From: Ramazzottius varieornatus
Taxonomy: Eukaryota > Animalia > Tardigrada
Length of the DNA: 64,000 bases
Direction: 5' to 3'
NCBI GenBank assembly: GCA_001949185.1
Contig: BDGG01000009.1
Coordinates: forward strand, 1,043,624-1,107,623
Part shown: in pieces, positions 25,604 to 42,831 of the stretch
Layout of the letters: each line of letters opens with the position of its first letter
Numbering within the stretch: position 1 is the stretch's first letter
Position numbers and translations under genes: made by a program
Notes under the pieces: model-generated
Told to the model about the DNA's origin: nothing
Seen by the model: only the letters and a program-made list of their open reading frames with translations
The model's database searches: none

Positions 25604-28600
25604 ATGCACCTCCTTGTTTGGAGTAAGACTTTATATCCCAATGCGACTGTGGACTTTTCTACCCATTGATTGACCGGTTGTCTTTACAGGCATCTTCCTG
25701 GTTGCCTCCTGTGTTCCGGATGGCACTCACGCTGTCTTTACTCCCGTCGACACCAGCCAGTTGCATCAGCGGGAACTGGATGCCACAAGACTCGGGGATC
25801 CGTCCTACATGCAGGCGTGGCTGGCCGAGGATTACGGACCTATCGCCACTACGCTCAGCCGCGCCGAAGTGTTAGCGTCATGGGACTACGAGACCAACAT
25901 CACTCCGGAAAACGAAGCGGGCACAGTAAGTACACGGACGAAAGGAAAGTTTGGAACAGCGGCAAAGACGGCAAATTGAGAATTCAACCGTGGTAAATTG
26001 TCGGAAAGTGCATTGGTCTGAATTACATATGTATCAATATGTACGCACATCCAGTCCGCTGTTTCGGAATCGCCTGTTCCAAACTTTCCCTTTGTGTGTG
26101 TACGGCTGCCAATTACGACTGACGAGTAACTTTATCTGGGACGTCGGCAAACGAAGCGTACAAAATCGCTGTGTCAACTGGCGCACCTCTTCATTGTTTT
26201 TGGCTGAGAGCGTGCACCATTTAATCTGTATCTATTTGGTTGTTTATACAAGTGGCGCAAGTTTCCGGTGTTACTCACTGAGAGCGTGCGTCCTTAGACA
26301 CGATCTGGGCAGAATCATTTGTGACGTCCAGGTATTAGAATTTTATTGGAATTTATTCTTCGGTTGTTTTTTCTAGGAGCAAGCGTCACAGGCAGGGGCA
26401 GCATTTTCGCGAATGGTGGCGGAAATCATCGCTCATTTTAATTTTACCAATAGCAGCAGCGATGATCCGCTAGCCATTCAGATGAAAAACGTGCAGAAGT
26501 CCATGGTGGAGCTTGGAGATGCAAATTTGCCCAAGGAAGAACTGAAGGAATTGGTTTCCATTGTCAACTCCATGACTAATATATTTTCTACCGCGAAAAT
26601 CTGCTTCGACCCGGAAATGGAGGTGGCCGAACTGGAGCAAATGAAAGCAGACTGTCCTGCGGACAAGCTGATGGCGCTGGATCCAGGTAAACATTAAGCA
26701 GAATTTTTGCAAGTGTTACCGCTAAGCGCGACATGATTGGTCAACCTCCAACATCTTTGTTAACTTTGCACGCAGGCTTGACCAAGTTCTTTCGTAACAA
26801 TACGTGGGACTCTGCCAAACGTCGGTATGTTTGGCGGGAGTGGCGGACTGCCACCGGAGTTATGCGGACCAATTACACCCGTTACGTGGAGCTGAAAAAT
26901 AAAGCGGCCAGACTCACCGGTAAGTTCGATAACCAAATTATGAAGCTGCTTGGCAAAAACCGTCACAAGATGAATTTACAGGCTACGCGGACCAAGGGGA
27001 GCTGTGGCGTTCGGGTTACACCGAAGACAGTCTTAACGTGACGGACGCGGTTATCCAGAAAGACCTGAATGACTTATGGCTGCAGATCCAGCCGTTGTAC
27101 AGAGAACTCCACGCCTATGTCCGGCGGAAGTTGATCGAAAAGCTACCCAACGAAGAACTTTCATCGACTGGTCCCATACCCGCCCATTTGCTCGGTAAGA
27201 CATTTGAGAGCTCGGCAGACAACATCAGCTAAATTGTTATCCGAAGTGTATCTTTTGGGTCATATTGGCTGCAAGACTGCGCCACTTGGGAATACCAGAT
27301 CGTTTGCTCAAGTGGCGCACCTTCTCGGTTATATCGACTGGAAGTGTGCGCCGCTCGGGAAAACAATCTTGTCGAGGGTTTTTGCCGAGTTCTCAGTTTT
27401 TGCTGCTTTTCCTTAATCAGACCATGGGGAGAAATTCAGAAACAGAGAATATCCGTCTTCGAGCTCGACTGTGAAAACCGTTTGTTGTTTTGCAGGTGAC
27501 ATGTGGAGCCAAGAATGGTCTGCCATGCTCAACTTCACGCAGATTTTTCCCGACAGGCCGTCGTTAGACGTGACGGAAGAGATGAAAGCTCAAAACTACA
27601 CGGTACAGCAAATGTTCCGACTTTCGGAAGACTTCCAGGTTGGACTTGGGTTGATGCCGATGCCCGAATCCTTCTGGGAGCTGAGTATGATGGAGAAACC
27701 CACCGACGGACGAGAAGTTGTTTGCCACGCGTCTGCCAGTGACTTTTATACAGACCAGGACGTTCGGTAGGCATACTCTTAGAATACGGTTTGACAACGA
27801 AAGAGGTCACTTCAGTCTGTTTCAGAATTAAGATGTGCACTGAGAAGAACATGGACGACTTGATCACGATCCACCAGTAAGTAGTAAGCGGTGTGCAACA
27901 GGTGCGCAACAGGTGTTCAGACTGTGACATGCCATTATGTGACATAGCATAACACCACTTATGACATGAATTTCTGGTGTATATAGTGAGATGGGGCACA
28001 TTCAGTACTTCCTGCAGTACAGCGACCAGCTACTGCCTTTCCGGGAAGGAGCCAACTCTGGGTTTCATGAAGCCGGTGATTCTTTCAAGCTCTTATCAGA
28101 AGTCAAGAACTTCGTCTGTTCTTACTTGACCGTGTTCCTTATAGTGGGCGACACTTTGGCGTTGAGTGTGAAAACTCCCAAACATTTGGCCTGGTTGGGT
28201 CTCCTGAAAAACCACACAGATGATGTAGGTACGTATTTTGTAATTTGTGGGATTTCAATTTGTTTTCAGTCTACCATCTCGTTTTGTGAAGCTGAATTTG
28301 TGCTCTTTCTCTTACAGCAAGCGACTTGAATTACCAGTTTGCCACCGCACTGGACAAGATAGCTTTCCTCCCATTCGCATATATAATGGACCGCTGGAGG
28401 TACGACGTCTTCTCCGGCAAGATCTCTTCCGAGAAGTTGAATCAAGGATGGTGGGACTACGCGTGAGTGCTTGTCGGTCTCTATGGTCAGAAGTTAGAAC
28501 AGATGGGCAAGCGGCTAGTGAATTGAACACTATCGTTATCTTCAGTGGCGCATATCTTCGTTGTTAATAACTGTACTGGTGCGTCACTTGGGAAAGTGAT

Positions 28601-29172
28601 CATGTCCAAGTCATTTGCCGACGTCGGAGAGAGCGTTGTGACTGTCGTTTGTTTCTAGATCGGAGTACCAAGGAATCGTCCCACCAGTTCCCCGTTCGGA
28701 GAATGACTTCGATCCAGGAGCCAAATTCCATATAGCATCCGACACGGAATATATGCGCTATTTCATCAGCTTCATCATTCAGGTCAGTTTCACTTCCGGG
28801 TACTTTAACTTCTTCTGATTGCGAATGTTTCTGCAGTTTCAGTTCCACAGAGCACTATGTGATGCTTCCGGTCACGTCGGACCCTTGTACCAATGCGACA
28901 TAAACCAATCCAAGGCGGCAGGAAAGTTATTGAGGTAACTTTCAGATCTTAATAGCACGTAGAGGCCTTCAAAACTGTACTGGCATGGACTTGCTTGTAG
29001 CGACATGCTGTCCCTGGGTGGTTCGCAACCCTGGCCTGTCGCAATGGAAAAGATAACCGGCTCACGAAAAATGGATGCCGCTCCTCTGCTAGAGTTCTTT
29101 CAGCCCCTGTACAAACATTTACAGCAAGTCAATGCTGCTTCCGGTGATATTCCTGGCTGGACAATGTCTTAA
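25604..29172 (+). CDS. Angiotensin-converting enzyme-like peptidase (M2), single domain, secreted
   Basis: Signal peptide MHLLVWSIFLVASC; [16 protein letters not shown]; VVCHASA; HHEMGH (split by an intron); [12 protein letters not shown]; DPGAKFH; YMRYF. Ends at PGWTMS* with no TM anchor. An in-frame ATG at 25586 is an alternative start. Confidence 0.93.
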
Positions 29173-29270
29173 AAACATGCCGACCAAACTTCTGAGTACT
29201 ACAATCCAGTAACGTCTCGATGAACTGTAAAAAGTTTCAAAGAATTTTTATGTGAGATGCAATAAAAAAA

Positions 29271-29451
29271 GGGGTGATGCTACAGGCACCCCCTTGAAAC
29301 CCCGTTAGGCTATAGGCACCCCGGTTTAATTCTTTAATTCCAACACCCGTTTAATGCGATATTACTACGGACACCCCTGTTTTCGAAATGGGGGTGCGAT
29401 AGAGGTGCCTATAGCCAAACGGGGTTTTCAGGGGTGCCTATAGCCATTTCC
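29271..29451. mobile_element. ~180 bp palindromic MITE-like element
   Basis: Left arm GCTACAGGCACCCCCTTGAAACCCCGTTAGGCTATAGGCACC matches the reverse complement of right arm GGTGCCTATAGCCAAACGGGGTTTTCAGGGGTGCCTATAGC. The right end is followed by TAA. Confidence 0.75.
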
Positions 29452-29642
29452 TAAGAAAAACGAACTGGAATAAATTTTATGCGTCCAGGCATTCAACGGG
29501 CAAGAATTACATGGGTAATTGTACACTACAACATCAAACAAATTAATCCACTAATTGATAAAATCTCAAATCATACTGGGGGAGCATTATTCAGTACAGA
29601 AAGATGTCAGAGACAAACAGAAGGAGGCCTCCAGGTCTAAGA

Positions 29643-32600
29643 TCACGTATGGCTCTTCGCTGTCGTTGCCGTTATTACACAAGCATTGCCAATCTTATGA
29701 CGGCGCTTTGCATAAATTAAAACAACATCCAAATGAAAGACACCAGGAACGAACATTACAATTTGATATGTCAGAAGGCGTTTTTGATCCGCTTCGAAAT
29801 CCAGGACGTGATCAAACGTCCCACCGATCAGTCCCACCGTTGGACCTACAACAATACATACAAAGACTCCAAACCCAAAAGACCCGGACAGCTTTTACAA
29901 GCAACTGCATACACCTAACTATTGGTTTTTTGGAGACAAATGTATGCAGGTATCTGAAACACTGAATGGAACCGAATGTACGCAGGTACTTGAAACACAG
30001 AGTTAATACAATGTACTGCGTCCGTCACGGACCTGCATACGTACTGTGAACGGAAAGGCTGGTAGCCGTGATGCTATTCCGCTCATGCGATTCTTCTCTA
30101 AACTCCAAATCCACTTTGAGACCACCTCGTAAAGGTGAGCTAAATCGGTTTGTCAACTCAACGTCGAGATTGAAATACTCCCCGACTTGGACTGAACAGC
30201 CCAGTCCAAGGTACATCTTGTCCTTGCGGAACTTAGCAAGAACTGGTGGCAGGCTGACGACGTCGATTTCATGGTCTTTCCACATCAGGTCACCGATCCA
30301 GCAGTGTCCTCTGGCGTCCTTGTCCACAAACTTCCAGGTCAACTGGACGTCCTGTGCCATCCGATCGCGAACCTGTTCTTGGAGGGTCGCGTCAGGCTTC
30401 ACGGGGATCTTGCCTGTTAGAGCAGGTACTCGTGCTCGATCCTTCCCGATGATCAGCATCTTCTTCTCCGGTGGATAGAAAACCTCAATCTCCTCATCAG
30501 TCCGATTCTCTAAAAAGACAGTAAAGTTTGTTAAATAATATTTACCATTTGGGAGGTCAGTCGGTAAAGAAGACGCACAAGATTGACATCTCAAGTGGCT
30601 GAAGAGTGTGCGCCACTTGGGAAAACTCAACAAGCTTATTTTCCCAAGTGGCGCAAGTTTTCAGCTTTGTTGGCTGAGAGAGTGCGTCACTTGAGAAAAC
30701 GATCTTGGACATTTTGTTCACCGGTTCCCCGCATTTTTGCTCTCGGTTGCGTCCATACTTACCAAAGTCCACCACCAGAAAAAAATGTTCAGAGTCATCG
30801 TCTGCTAAAATACTGCATTCCCGTATCATAACAGATGGTAGCACTTCCACGAAAAAAGCTACGGACAGAAGACGGTAAAAATCCTTCAGAAGGCCTGGTC
30901 CGCCAGAGTAGTCTATCCGGACGATGAACTGAAATGACTGCGGTCCACCGGCTGGATCTTCGGGTTTGACGAGGAAGCTCATGGCTGCCCAGATATCCAG
31001 TTCAACCTCCGCTATAGCGCCTGGCTTGATGGGAAGCGCAGAAGCTAGCTTGGTCGAGTCGAAGGAGATGCATCGTTCAGCCAGCTGTTCGTCTGCACAG
31101 GACACGAGGACGCTCAGGCTTTCCACGAGCTCCTTCCCGATGTTGGAGAGCCTGACTGTGCACTTCCCCCTGCCAACCCAAAAAAAAATAAAACCAACAA
31201 CCATTAACAAGATCTTCGGTATACAGCGTGATACAAAACCAAATCGAAACATCGATTCGACGTGTTGGATAATTGTTTTCAGAATTCCACCACGCACCTA
31301 CATACTCTATGAGAGTGACAGTCATTGGGTCGTGGCATGCCAGTCGTTATCGCTTCATTTGAATAAAGACCACACTTTTACAGATGCGACAGCCACCTGC
31401 ATACCAGAACCCAGGAAAAGTTGCCGCAAGTGCCCAACGCAGGTACGTGATAGAGATAAAGAGATAGTACTAATAAAGATCAAGAGATAGTACTAATAAA
31501 AAGCAGATAATTCTGATCTTTACCGTTGGCCATTGTAAAGGAGGATGTTCGCGGTGGTCACCACCGGTTCTTCAAACTCTACTATCTTGTCACACAGAGG
31601 CAAAGACGTTTCCACTTTCAGTTGAGGTAGGCTAGGTGCCACCCTAACCGCCTTTGGTATGGAACGACCGCTAAGATGGCTTAATTCCGACAGTAGACAC
31701 CTGTTCTCCATCCCGAATACCTGATACGAGTATCCCAGTATACTCAAAGTACCAGCTTCGAGGGGGATGCCGTTGATCAGGACAGGCAGGTAGTGGTTGG
31801 TCAGTGCCGGAAGGACCATGGACGCCTTTGCTGCTTCAAAAGGCGTGTTCTCAGTCACTATTGTCAGGTTGTCCACTTTCAGTTCTCTCGGGAGAAAGTT
31901 GGTGAGGTGCAGGCTGATAGCGCAAGGCTCTTTCGCCACCCACATGAAGTTGGCTTCATCAGCGGTTAGCGCGGCAGCAGCTAACGACGAAGCACTTTTG
32001 ATGGGCGTGTAGAGGAAAGGCCCACTGATACCTGGAAAAGTAGACCATGTAACAGCATGAAAACGCGATAAACGAACTGTACGAGATCAAGCTTCCACCC
32101 AGCAGCAACGGAAACGCACGTCACATGAGAAAACTATCAGAATCCGAGATCGTCTTCCCCAAGTGGCGCAAACACCCAGCCAATAACATGGCGCAAACAC
32201 CCAGCGCCACTTAAGGAACCAATGCGTTTGTCGGCCTTTCACCAAAGTAAACATACCTCGGGCTAGCTTGGGTCTTTGTAATGGTTGAAGGTGAACCGGT
32301 AAAGGTAAGACGAAGAATTCGTGGACGAATGGAATTTTGGTTAACGTTATCACAGCTAGCTTCAGTCCAGGTGTACTGGTCAGTACTTCGCCTTTCGGAG
32401 GACCGCTTTGACTCATCAGTTCATTCAGCGTTCTTATCAAGTCTTCCTTTTCACCGGACGACAGGACTTCCACGAACCGTTCAAGAATGATGAGAAGTAT
32501 CCTTTTGTACACCTACAGGACCAAGAGTTCGGAGAACCATTCCAAAAGAGACGGTATGATATGTGGAGTTAGACCTACTTCCGGTTGGGCTCGGCAAGTT

Positions 32601-34778
32601 GTCGCCAATTTCAACATGACTTGAGCCTGGAGTTCTGGCCATCCTCGGCCGTTTGTAGTTCTGTTGGACAAGGCTAAATCGTACGACGGTAGTGACATCA
32701 TGGTCAGTTCGTAGGCTCTGAGGAAGTCGGAGGGAGAAATGTTGGGACCGACGTATCGATCGGCGGCTAGGAGACGAAATAGCGCTGCCTGACGGTGAAA
32801 CCCTATCCCTTCGTACACAGAGGCCACCGTTAGAAATCTGTCTATTCCTTCCGAGGAGTTTGCGGGAAGGTTGTTCATCTTCACGAAGATCGCCTGCCGT
32901 AAACCTATCATCGAAGAAAACTTTACACAAGTTCCGAAGCAAAGTTAAGTACTTGGCAAACAAACTCGACAAGATGGTTTTCACAAGTGGCGCACATTTA
33001 CAGTGTTTTGGCTGAAATTGTCCGCCACTTAGAGAAGTCGTTTTTCCAAGTGGCGCACAGTTCCAGCCATTAACGCTGTATACGCGAGTTACTTGGGAAA
33101 AAACGGTCTTTTCAAGGTCGTTTGCCTCGACAAGACCCAATTTTTATTTGAACTAGTTACTGAGAAACTTGCAACTACCTTTGTGACCGAGGATTTTGTC
33201 TCCGAGGAAGATGAAAAGTCTGGCCGACTTCAGGCTGACTTCCATCTCGAACTGCCCCAGCTCCATGCTGGAATAGTGTGCCGCCGCCTGACGAAGCTTG
33301 TCGTATATTGCATCGGACAGCAGGCAGGACTTCCGATCCTTGCTTTGTTCCAGTAAGTTCATGTTGAACCCGTTGACGAGGTACCCGTTGAGACTTGCCG
33401 CTTTGGCTTTGGTGAGTATTATCCTTCTTTTCGAGTCGTCCATCGCGGTGAGCTTGAGCGCTAACTGTGGATCGGCAGCCGGAAGCACACACCAGGATGC
33501 AGCAGCCCATCCTTCCAACGCCGTACCTGCCCAACAGGAAACATAACTTAGATTTTTACCCCTGTTCTACTCTGGACGAAGTTAAAGGGACCTACGTTAG
33601 ACAAGAAAACTGGACAACATCGATTTTTCAAGTGGCGCACCCTTTCACACAATAACGCTGCAAAAGCGCGCTACTTGGGAAAGCAATCAAACTCGCCAGG
33701 GTAGTTTTCCCAGGCGGCGCACGTTTTCAGCTAAATAACACTGCAGACATGTATCACTTGAGGACACAACCTTGTCGGGAATGTTTGCCGAGCTCCCTAG
33801 TGTCTTACCTAGCTGAAGGAAGTCTTTCACGGACTGGAGTGTGTCTACAGCTTGAGCAAAATGTTGGCAAGCCGGATAAGAAAGTCCAGCTAAGAGGAGC
33901 CATTCCGCGTACGTCTTCCGCATCCAACCCAGCTTTCTCTTCTTTTGAGCACTGCTACCCAGTTCAAACTTGAAGCCTTCCTTCCTGGAATGGTCCATCT
34001 TGTCGAGTGAGGGGTTTGAGCCTTTCCAGTCCTTCTCATGCTTCTCTGGTGCAGTGGGCGGTCTCTTCTGCTCCAGGTGAGAAAACAACGCTAGCAGGTA
34101 CTCTTCCATCACTTCGGAGACTGTTTTGAGCAAGAACTCATTGAGCACGATCTCGATGTACGTCTTAGCGAACGTCGGAGATGCCGGAGAGACTGGTGGC
34201 TTGTTCAGGTTGTTCTCGGAGGCCGACTTCTGCACTGGTCGAACGTTCAACAGCAACTCGCTTAGTCTCCCTTTATCTGTGAAACCATTGCTAAACTGAA
34301 TGTGCTCCGCAGGTTTGCCAGCTTTATGAGTGGAATGGGAAGCACCATCCACGGTGTGCTTGCCGTTTGCTGCAGGAACAGGTTTGCTGCCATCTTCACT
34401 TCGAAAGACTAGGCAGCGTGATTCCAGCACGGACTGCTCGTACTGGGTGAGGTATTTGGCATATGAGTCTAACAAGTCCCGCTTCTGAGTATCTTGGTCA
34501 ACGGTGGGGTCTGCGACGGCTATGCATATCAGGCCAAAGACCCTGCGAAAGACTTGTAGGTCCGTGCGTTCCAGCTTGACAGACTGGCGCGTCTGGTAGC
34601 GGAAGTGGACTTCGCGTGGAGTGTTCTCGAAGCATAGTTGCTGGTAGTAGCTGACTGCGTCGATGATGCTCGTCCACAGGGATGAGGGGGCTACATTCCG
34701 CCCGCACTGTAGCGGGTGGATGGCTATGAGAATTCCGCGGTTGTCTTCGATGGTGCATTGGAAGTCGGGGAGGGACAT
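29643..34778 (-). CDS. TRAPPC9: Trafficking protein particle complex subunit 9 (NIBP/Trs120), multi-exon
   Basis: N-terminus MSLPDFQCTIEDNRGILIAIHPL, DLQVFRRVFGLI, KKRKLGWMRK...LLAG, YEGIGFHRQAALF, GWPELQ and GPFLYTPI match the TRAPPC9 pattern. Confidence 0.88.
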
Positions 34779-35528
34779 CTCTAGCTCTTTAACGTCAGAC
34801 ACGATTAGCCTATATTAGATTAATATCGGTCACGTCCCAATCCATGTACGCTTTGCGCTACATCTAATGACCAACATACCTCAATCAGACATCATCATTG
34901 CAGGTTGTAGATGCTGTTACGTATTCCACGCTCCATAGCTTCCAAGGTCCAGAATGCCTGTACGATTTGTCATTAAACAATCGATGATTTCCAATCACAT
35001 AATTATGTGAGGTGTCCCGTCAGTCCTGTGCGGTTATCCTTCTAATTCGGCAAGCTTTGCGATCTGACAGCTATGTCTTACGCAACTCCGTCAGCTTCAA
35101 GTTTATGCCAAAAGATCTACCTGATGAGAGACACGAGTCCAGATCAAACGTCTGGAGAATGAGGAGCAAATCCTCTGTAATACGGTAATACCTGGTTCGA
35201 TTAATCGTGTTTACGCAAAATCAACAATCAAAGATGGTGGAATGAATGGGGAAATTGCGAAACTTTGTCCTGATGGTCTATCAACCACACTTCAAAATCT
35301 GTTCGCTGATTGAACGTTCAACAGAACCAATGCGAGCAGAATCCGCAAACTCCCTTATTTTTTTCTCAAAAAATTTTGAAGTATTCCAATTTTTTTATGT
35401 TCTTCAGCGAAGGAACTGCGTCTCCGGCTGCAAACCGTGTGTCTAAGCCAGTCTAAGCTGCCTCCGCATCGGATCTACACCGTATCCCGTGAGCTAGACC
35501 TGTGTGCGGGAGGAAGACCGAAAGGTGC

Positions 35529-39893
<4,365 letters not shown>

Positions 39894-39953
39894 GAAAGTT
39901 TCTTTGCATATTTTTTTGGCATTTCAAGAGAAATATCACATGAAGAAATTCAT

Positions 39954-41959
39954 TCAGCCCTTTTGTTTCCGCGACCTAAGAACTTCTGCTGGCTTGCCAG
40001 CCAGTTGATTGTCCATTTTCAAATCTTGCGATATGGCTGGAATATCAAGATCCAAATAAAAATCTTCATTGAGACAACGGATGGTTTTCAGCGTGTCGTT
40101 GTAGACCTGCGGCGGAAGATTCACAGTAGAAAGCTTGAAGAATGCAGATACTGTTTCTGTTGGAACGGTACCTTGGTCATTTTGGTGACGGATTGCTTTA
40201 GGTCGTTCTTCAGGGTTAGGTTCTTAAGGCATTCTTGTTCTAGCATCTCGATATGATCCAAGGCCTCTTCGGCAGGTATGTGCCCTTGCGAAGCCATGTG
40301 GCGTATTTCCGCTTTTAGTCTGCTGAGCTCCCTGTTGAGGTGGAATGTTTTGTTGCGGACCATGCTGGCCTCCAGACCAACAATATGCTTGGCTTCTTCT
40401 GCTGCCGAAACGTAATTCGCTCGACTGGACTTCACATTCGCTTGGAGCTGTGACCAATACAATCACGGTAAAGATTACGAACTTACTATACTGGAGATTA
40501 GAAGAAAACAGCATATCAAAGAGCGCTGCTAATACACTCATCAGTAGAATCGTTCTCCCCAAGTGGCGCATGTTTGCAGTATTATTGGCCGGAAGTGTGC
40601 GCCACTTAGGAACACGATCTGAGTGGATTTATTTGCCGACGTAGCAATGACACTACCATTTGACATTCCGATTCGAGTTCAGCGATTTCGCGTTGCAGTG
40701 TGGTTCTCTCGTTTTTCAAAAGGGTGATCTCTCTGTTCACCCGAGCAAATGCGGCTTGGTCCTTGCTGAAGAGCTCGACCTGTTTGCGGAGTTCGCCGAG
40801 CTGCTGTTGGCGCTTTTGCATTGGCTGGTGGAACCTCTTGTTGCGAGCTTGCGTTTCGCGGAGACGCTGCGCCAGGTTATTGATGTGTTGTTTGACAGCA
40901 GACGACTGTCCTCGAAGGTCTTGGATCAGTGATAGATTGTGGTATGTCAGTTCCTGATAGTAACGCTTGACATCATGGAAGTTCCGCTCGAAGTTGACTT
41001 GCAGGTGGTGCATGCTGGTCAGACGGTGCTGATCAGCCTTGCGACAACACGTTTCCAAGTCGGTGGCAGCTTCCTCCCACGCTTCTTCCCTCTCTCGTCG
41101 GAAATACTGTCGTCGATCTTCGAGAGCTTCCACAAAATTTTGCCGAACCTCTTGGCTTTCCAAATCCAGTTTCTAAAAAAGCCTCATTGTTAATCCGATA
41201 TTTGAACGGAGGCACAGAGGAGGACGAACCCACATGGCTGAGCTCTTTGATGCTCTGAGCGGCAGCTCGGCGTTCTTCCGTCGTTTCTTTTTGGAGCCTT
41301 TCTGCTTGGGCGCGCAGCTCTTCCCTTTTACGAGCTGTTGCCGTTGCCAGTGCGAGGCTGACTCTATCCTGTGCGCGTTCTTCAACTTCGATTTCTCTAC
41401 TTTGCTCGTACCTCAAGTGTCTTGCTCGTTGCTGGTTGACCTGTCCATCGAAGTCATCATACAGGGAGACGGCGTGGGTTGGGCAAACTGATTATTAATG
41501 TGACATACTTTTTGTTCCAAGTGCTGACTTTCCTTTACTTTATCGATGTCTTTGTGCGTGGAAAGGAACCTGGCTTCATTTTGCACCAGTTCGTCGCGCG
41601 CCACTTCCAGCTGCCGGAAAAAGAGGTCTCGTTCCTGTTCTTCCAATGCTCGCTGCTTCTTGAGACTGTAGAGTTCTTTCACCCGCTCAATAATGTTCTT
41701 CACAATCTGCAGTATAATGTTTTGAAGATTGAACGGCTGTACTGTATACACAGTATATGAACTGAATATATGTCTTCTGAATTGAATTAGGAAAAACATC
41801 TCGCCATCTCAAAGGTGCTTGTTTGGGCCATACGCCAAACTACAGGTAACAAGACAGTAATCGGTATGGGCTTCCAAGTTTTGGTACCTGATCGTCGGTC
41901 ATCGCTAGACCATCTGCTGCGTCCGTGTTCGAACTAGAAATCCCCTCCTCGGTGGACAT
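39954..41959 (-). CDS. GAS8: Dynein regulatory complex subunit 4 / growth-arrest-specific 8-like coiled-coil protein
   Basis: EEQERDLF, FHDVKRYYQELTYHNLSLIQDLR, NKRFHQPMQK and C-terminal KVYNDTL..LAGKPAEV are collinear with GAS8/DRC4, though divergent. Confidence 0.78.
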
Positions 41960-42321
41960 TGTGTGTGGAGTAGGAGAAGAATAAATCAGTCGTTAATAAT
42001 AAGCCGTGGTGAGTAAGGAGTAGCAAAGTATCGACCACGCATTAACCAAGAAGTGTTCGGATCGCGATCAACGCTTAATTGCACAACCTTCCTCGTAGTT
42101 AGGAATACGCAGGAAGATTAAAGAGAGAACTGGAAAAAAAATTACTAGCATCATTCGGTCCGTCGCTCTGAAACTCGTCGGGCAGCTCTTGCCCAGCAAC
42201 TTTCTTTGTGGACTTCAGGACTTAGGAATGGCTGTCGAATTGAAAGAGTTCGCGAGTCTTGACCACCGGTCATTTCAAGCCCGGTGGCGCTACCATGCGG
42301 TAATTACATCTGACACACCCT

Positions 42322-42353
42322 TACATCACATCACATCACATCACATCACATCA
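42322..42353 (+). repeat. (CATCA)n pentanucleotide microsatellite
   Basis: About six tandem copies of ACATC. Confidence 0.9.
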
Positions 42354-42533
42354 CCTTTGTTTATTCACACATTACCTACTGACTGACAATCTGTCATGAG
42401 TTACAGCTGGTTACAGTATGCCTCTTCTCAAAGTGTCAAAGACTCAAAGATGAAAGATCTCATCATTCTGCTGCAGGTTACTCGTTCTGATTACAGGTTC
42501 TACCCCGGGGAAGCAGGAGGGATCGAGGGGAGA

Positions 42534-42791
42534 ATGTCGAGCACCAGCGAAATCGATCAGCTGATCTTTGGTCTACTCTCCAATCGAGCAGCGGGGAAGA
42601 CAATCTGCCCGTCGGAAGTGGCGCGAGCAATGTCCAAGGTGGAAGCAGAATGGCGCGCACTGATGGACCCTGTACGCCAAAGAGCCAACGAACTGGCGGA
42701 CGAAGGAAGACTTCAAGTCACGCAGCACGGAGAAGTCGTGGATGGCAGAAGGGCAAGGGGACCCATTCGACTTCGACTACCACCAGACTGA
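42534..42791 (+). CDS. DUF3253-family small winged-helix-like protein (microbial-type)
   Basis: 85 aa containing LL..R..GKTICPSEVARA...WRALMDPVR..A..L...G.LQVTQ.GEVVD....RGPIRLRL, the DUF3253 signature as recalled from bacterial and fungal proteins. A micro-exon start at 42295 is possible. Confidence 0.85.
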   Translation: MSSTSEIDQLIFGLLSNRAAGKTICPSEVARAMSKVEAEWRALMDPVRQRANELADEGRLQVTQHGEVVDGRRARGPIRLRLPPD

Positions 42792-42831
42792 CGTTCAACA
42801 AAGACATAACAAGCAAGATGTGTTCAGCGCG

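Noticed and set aside
31456-31500. Short tandem duplication (AGAGATAGTACTAATAAA x2), and a similar one at 32165-32205
   Set aside because: Simple slippage duplications in introns with no evidence of function.
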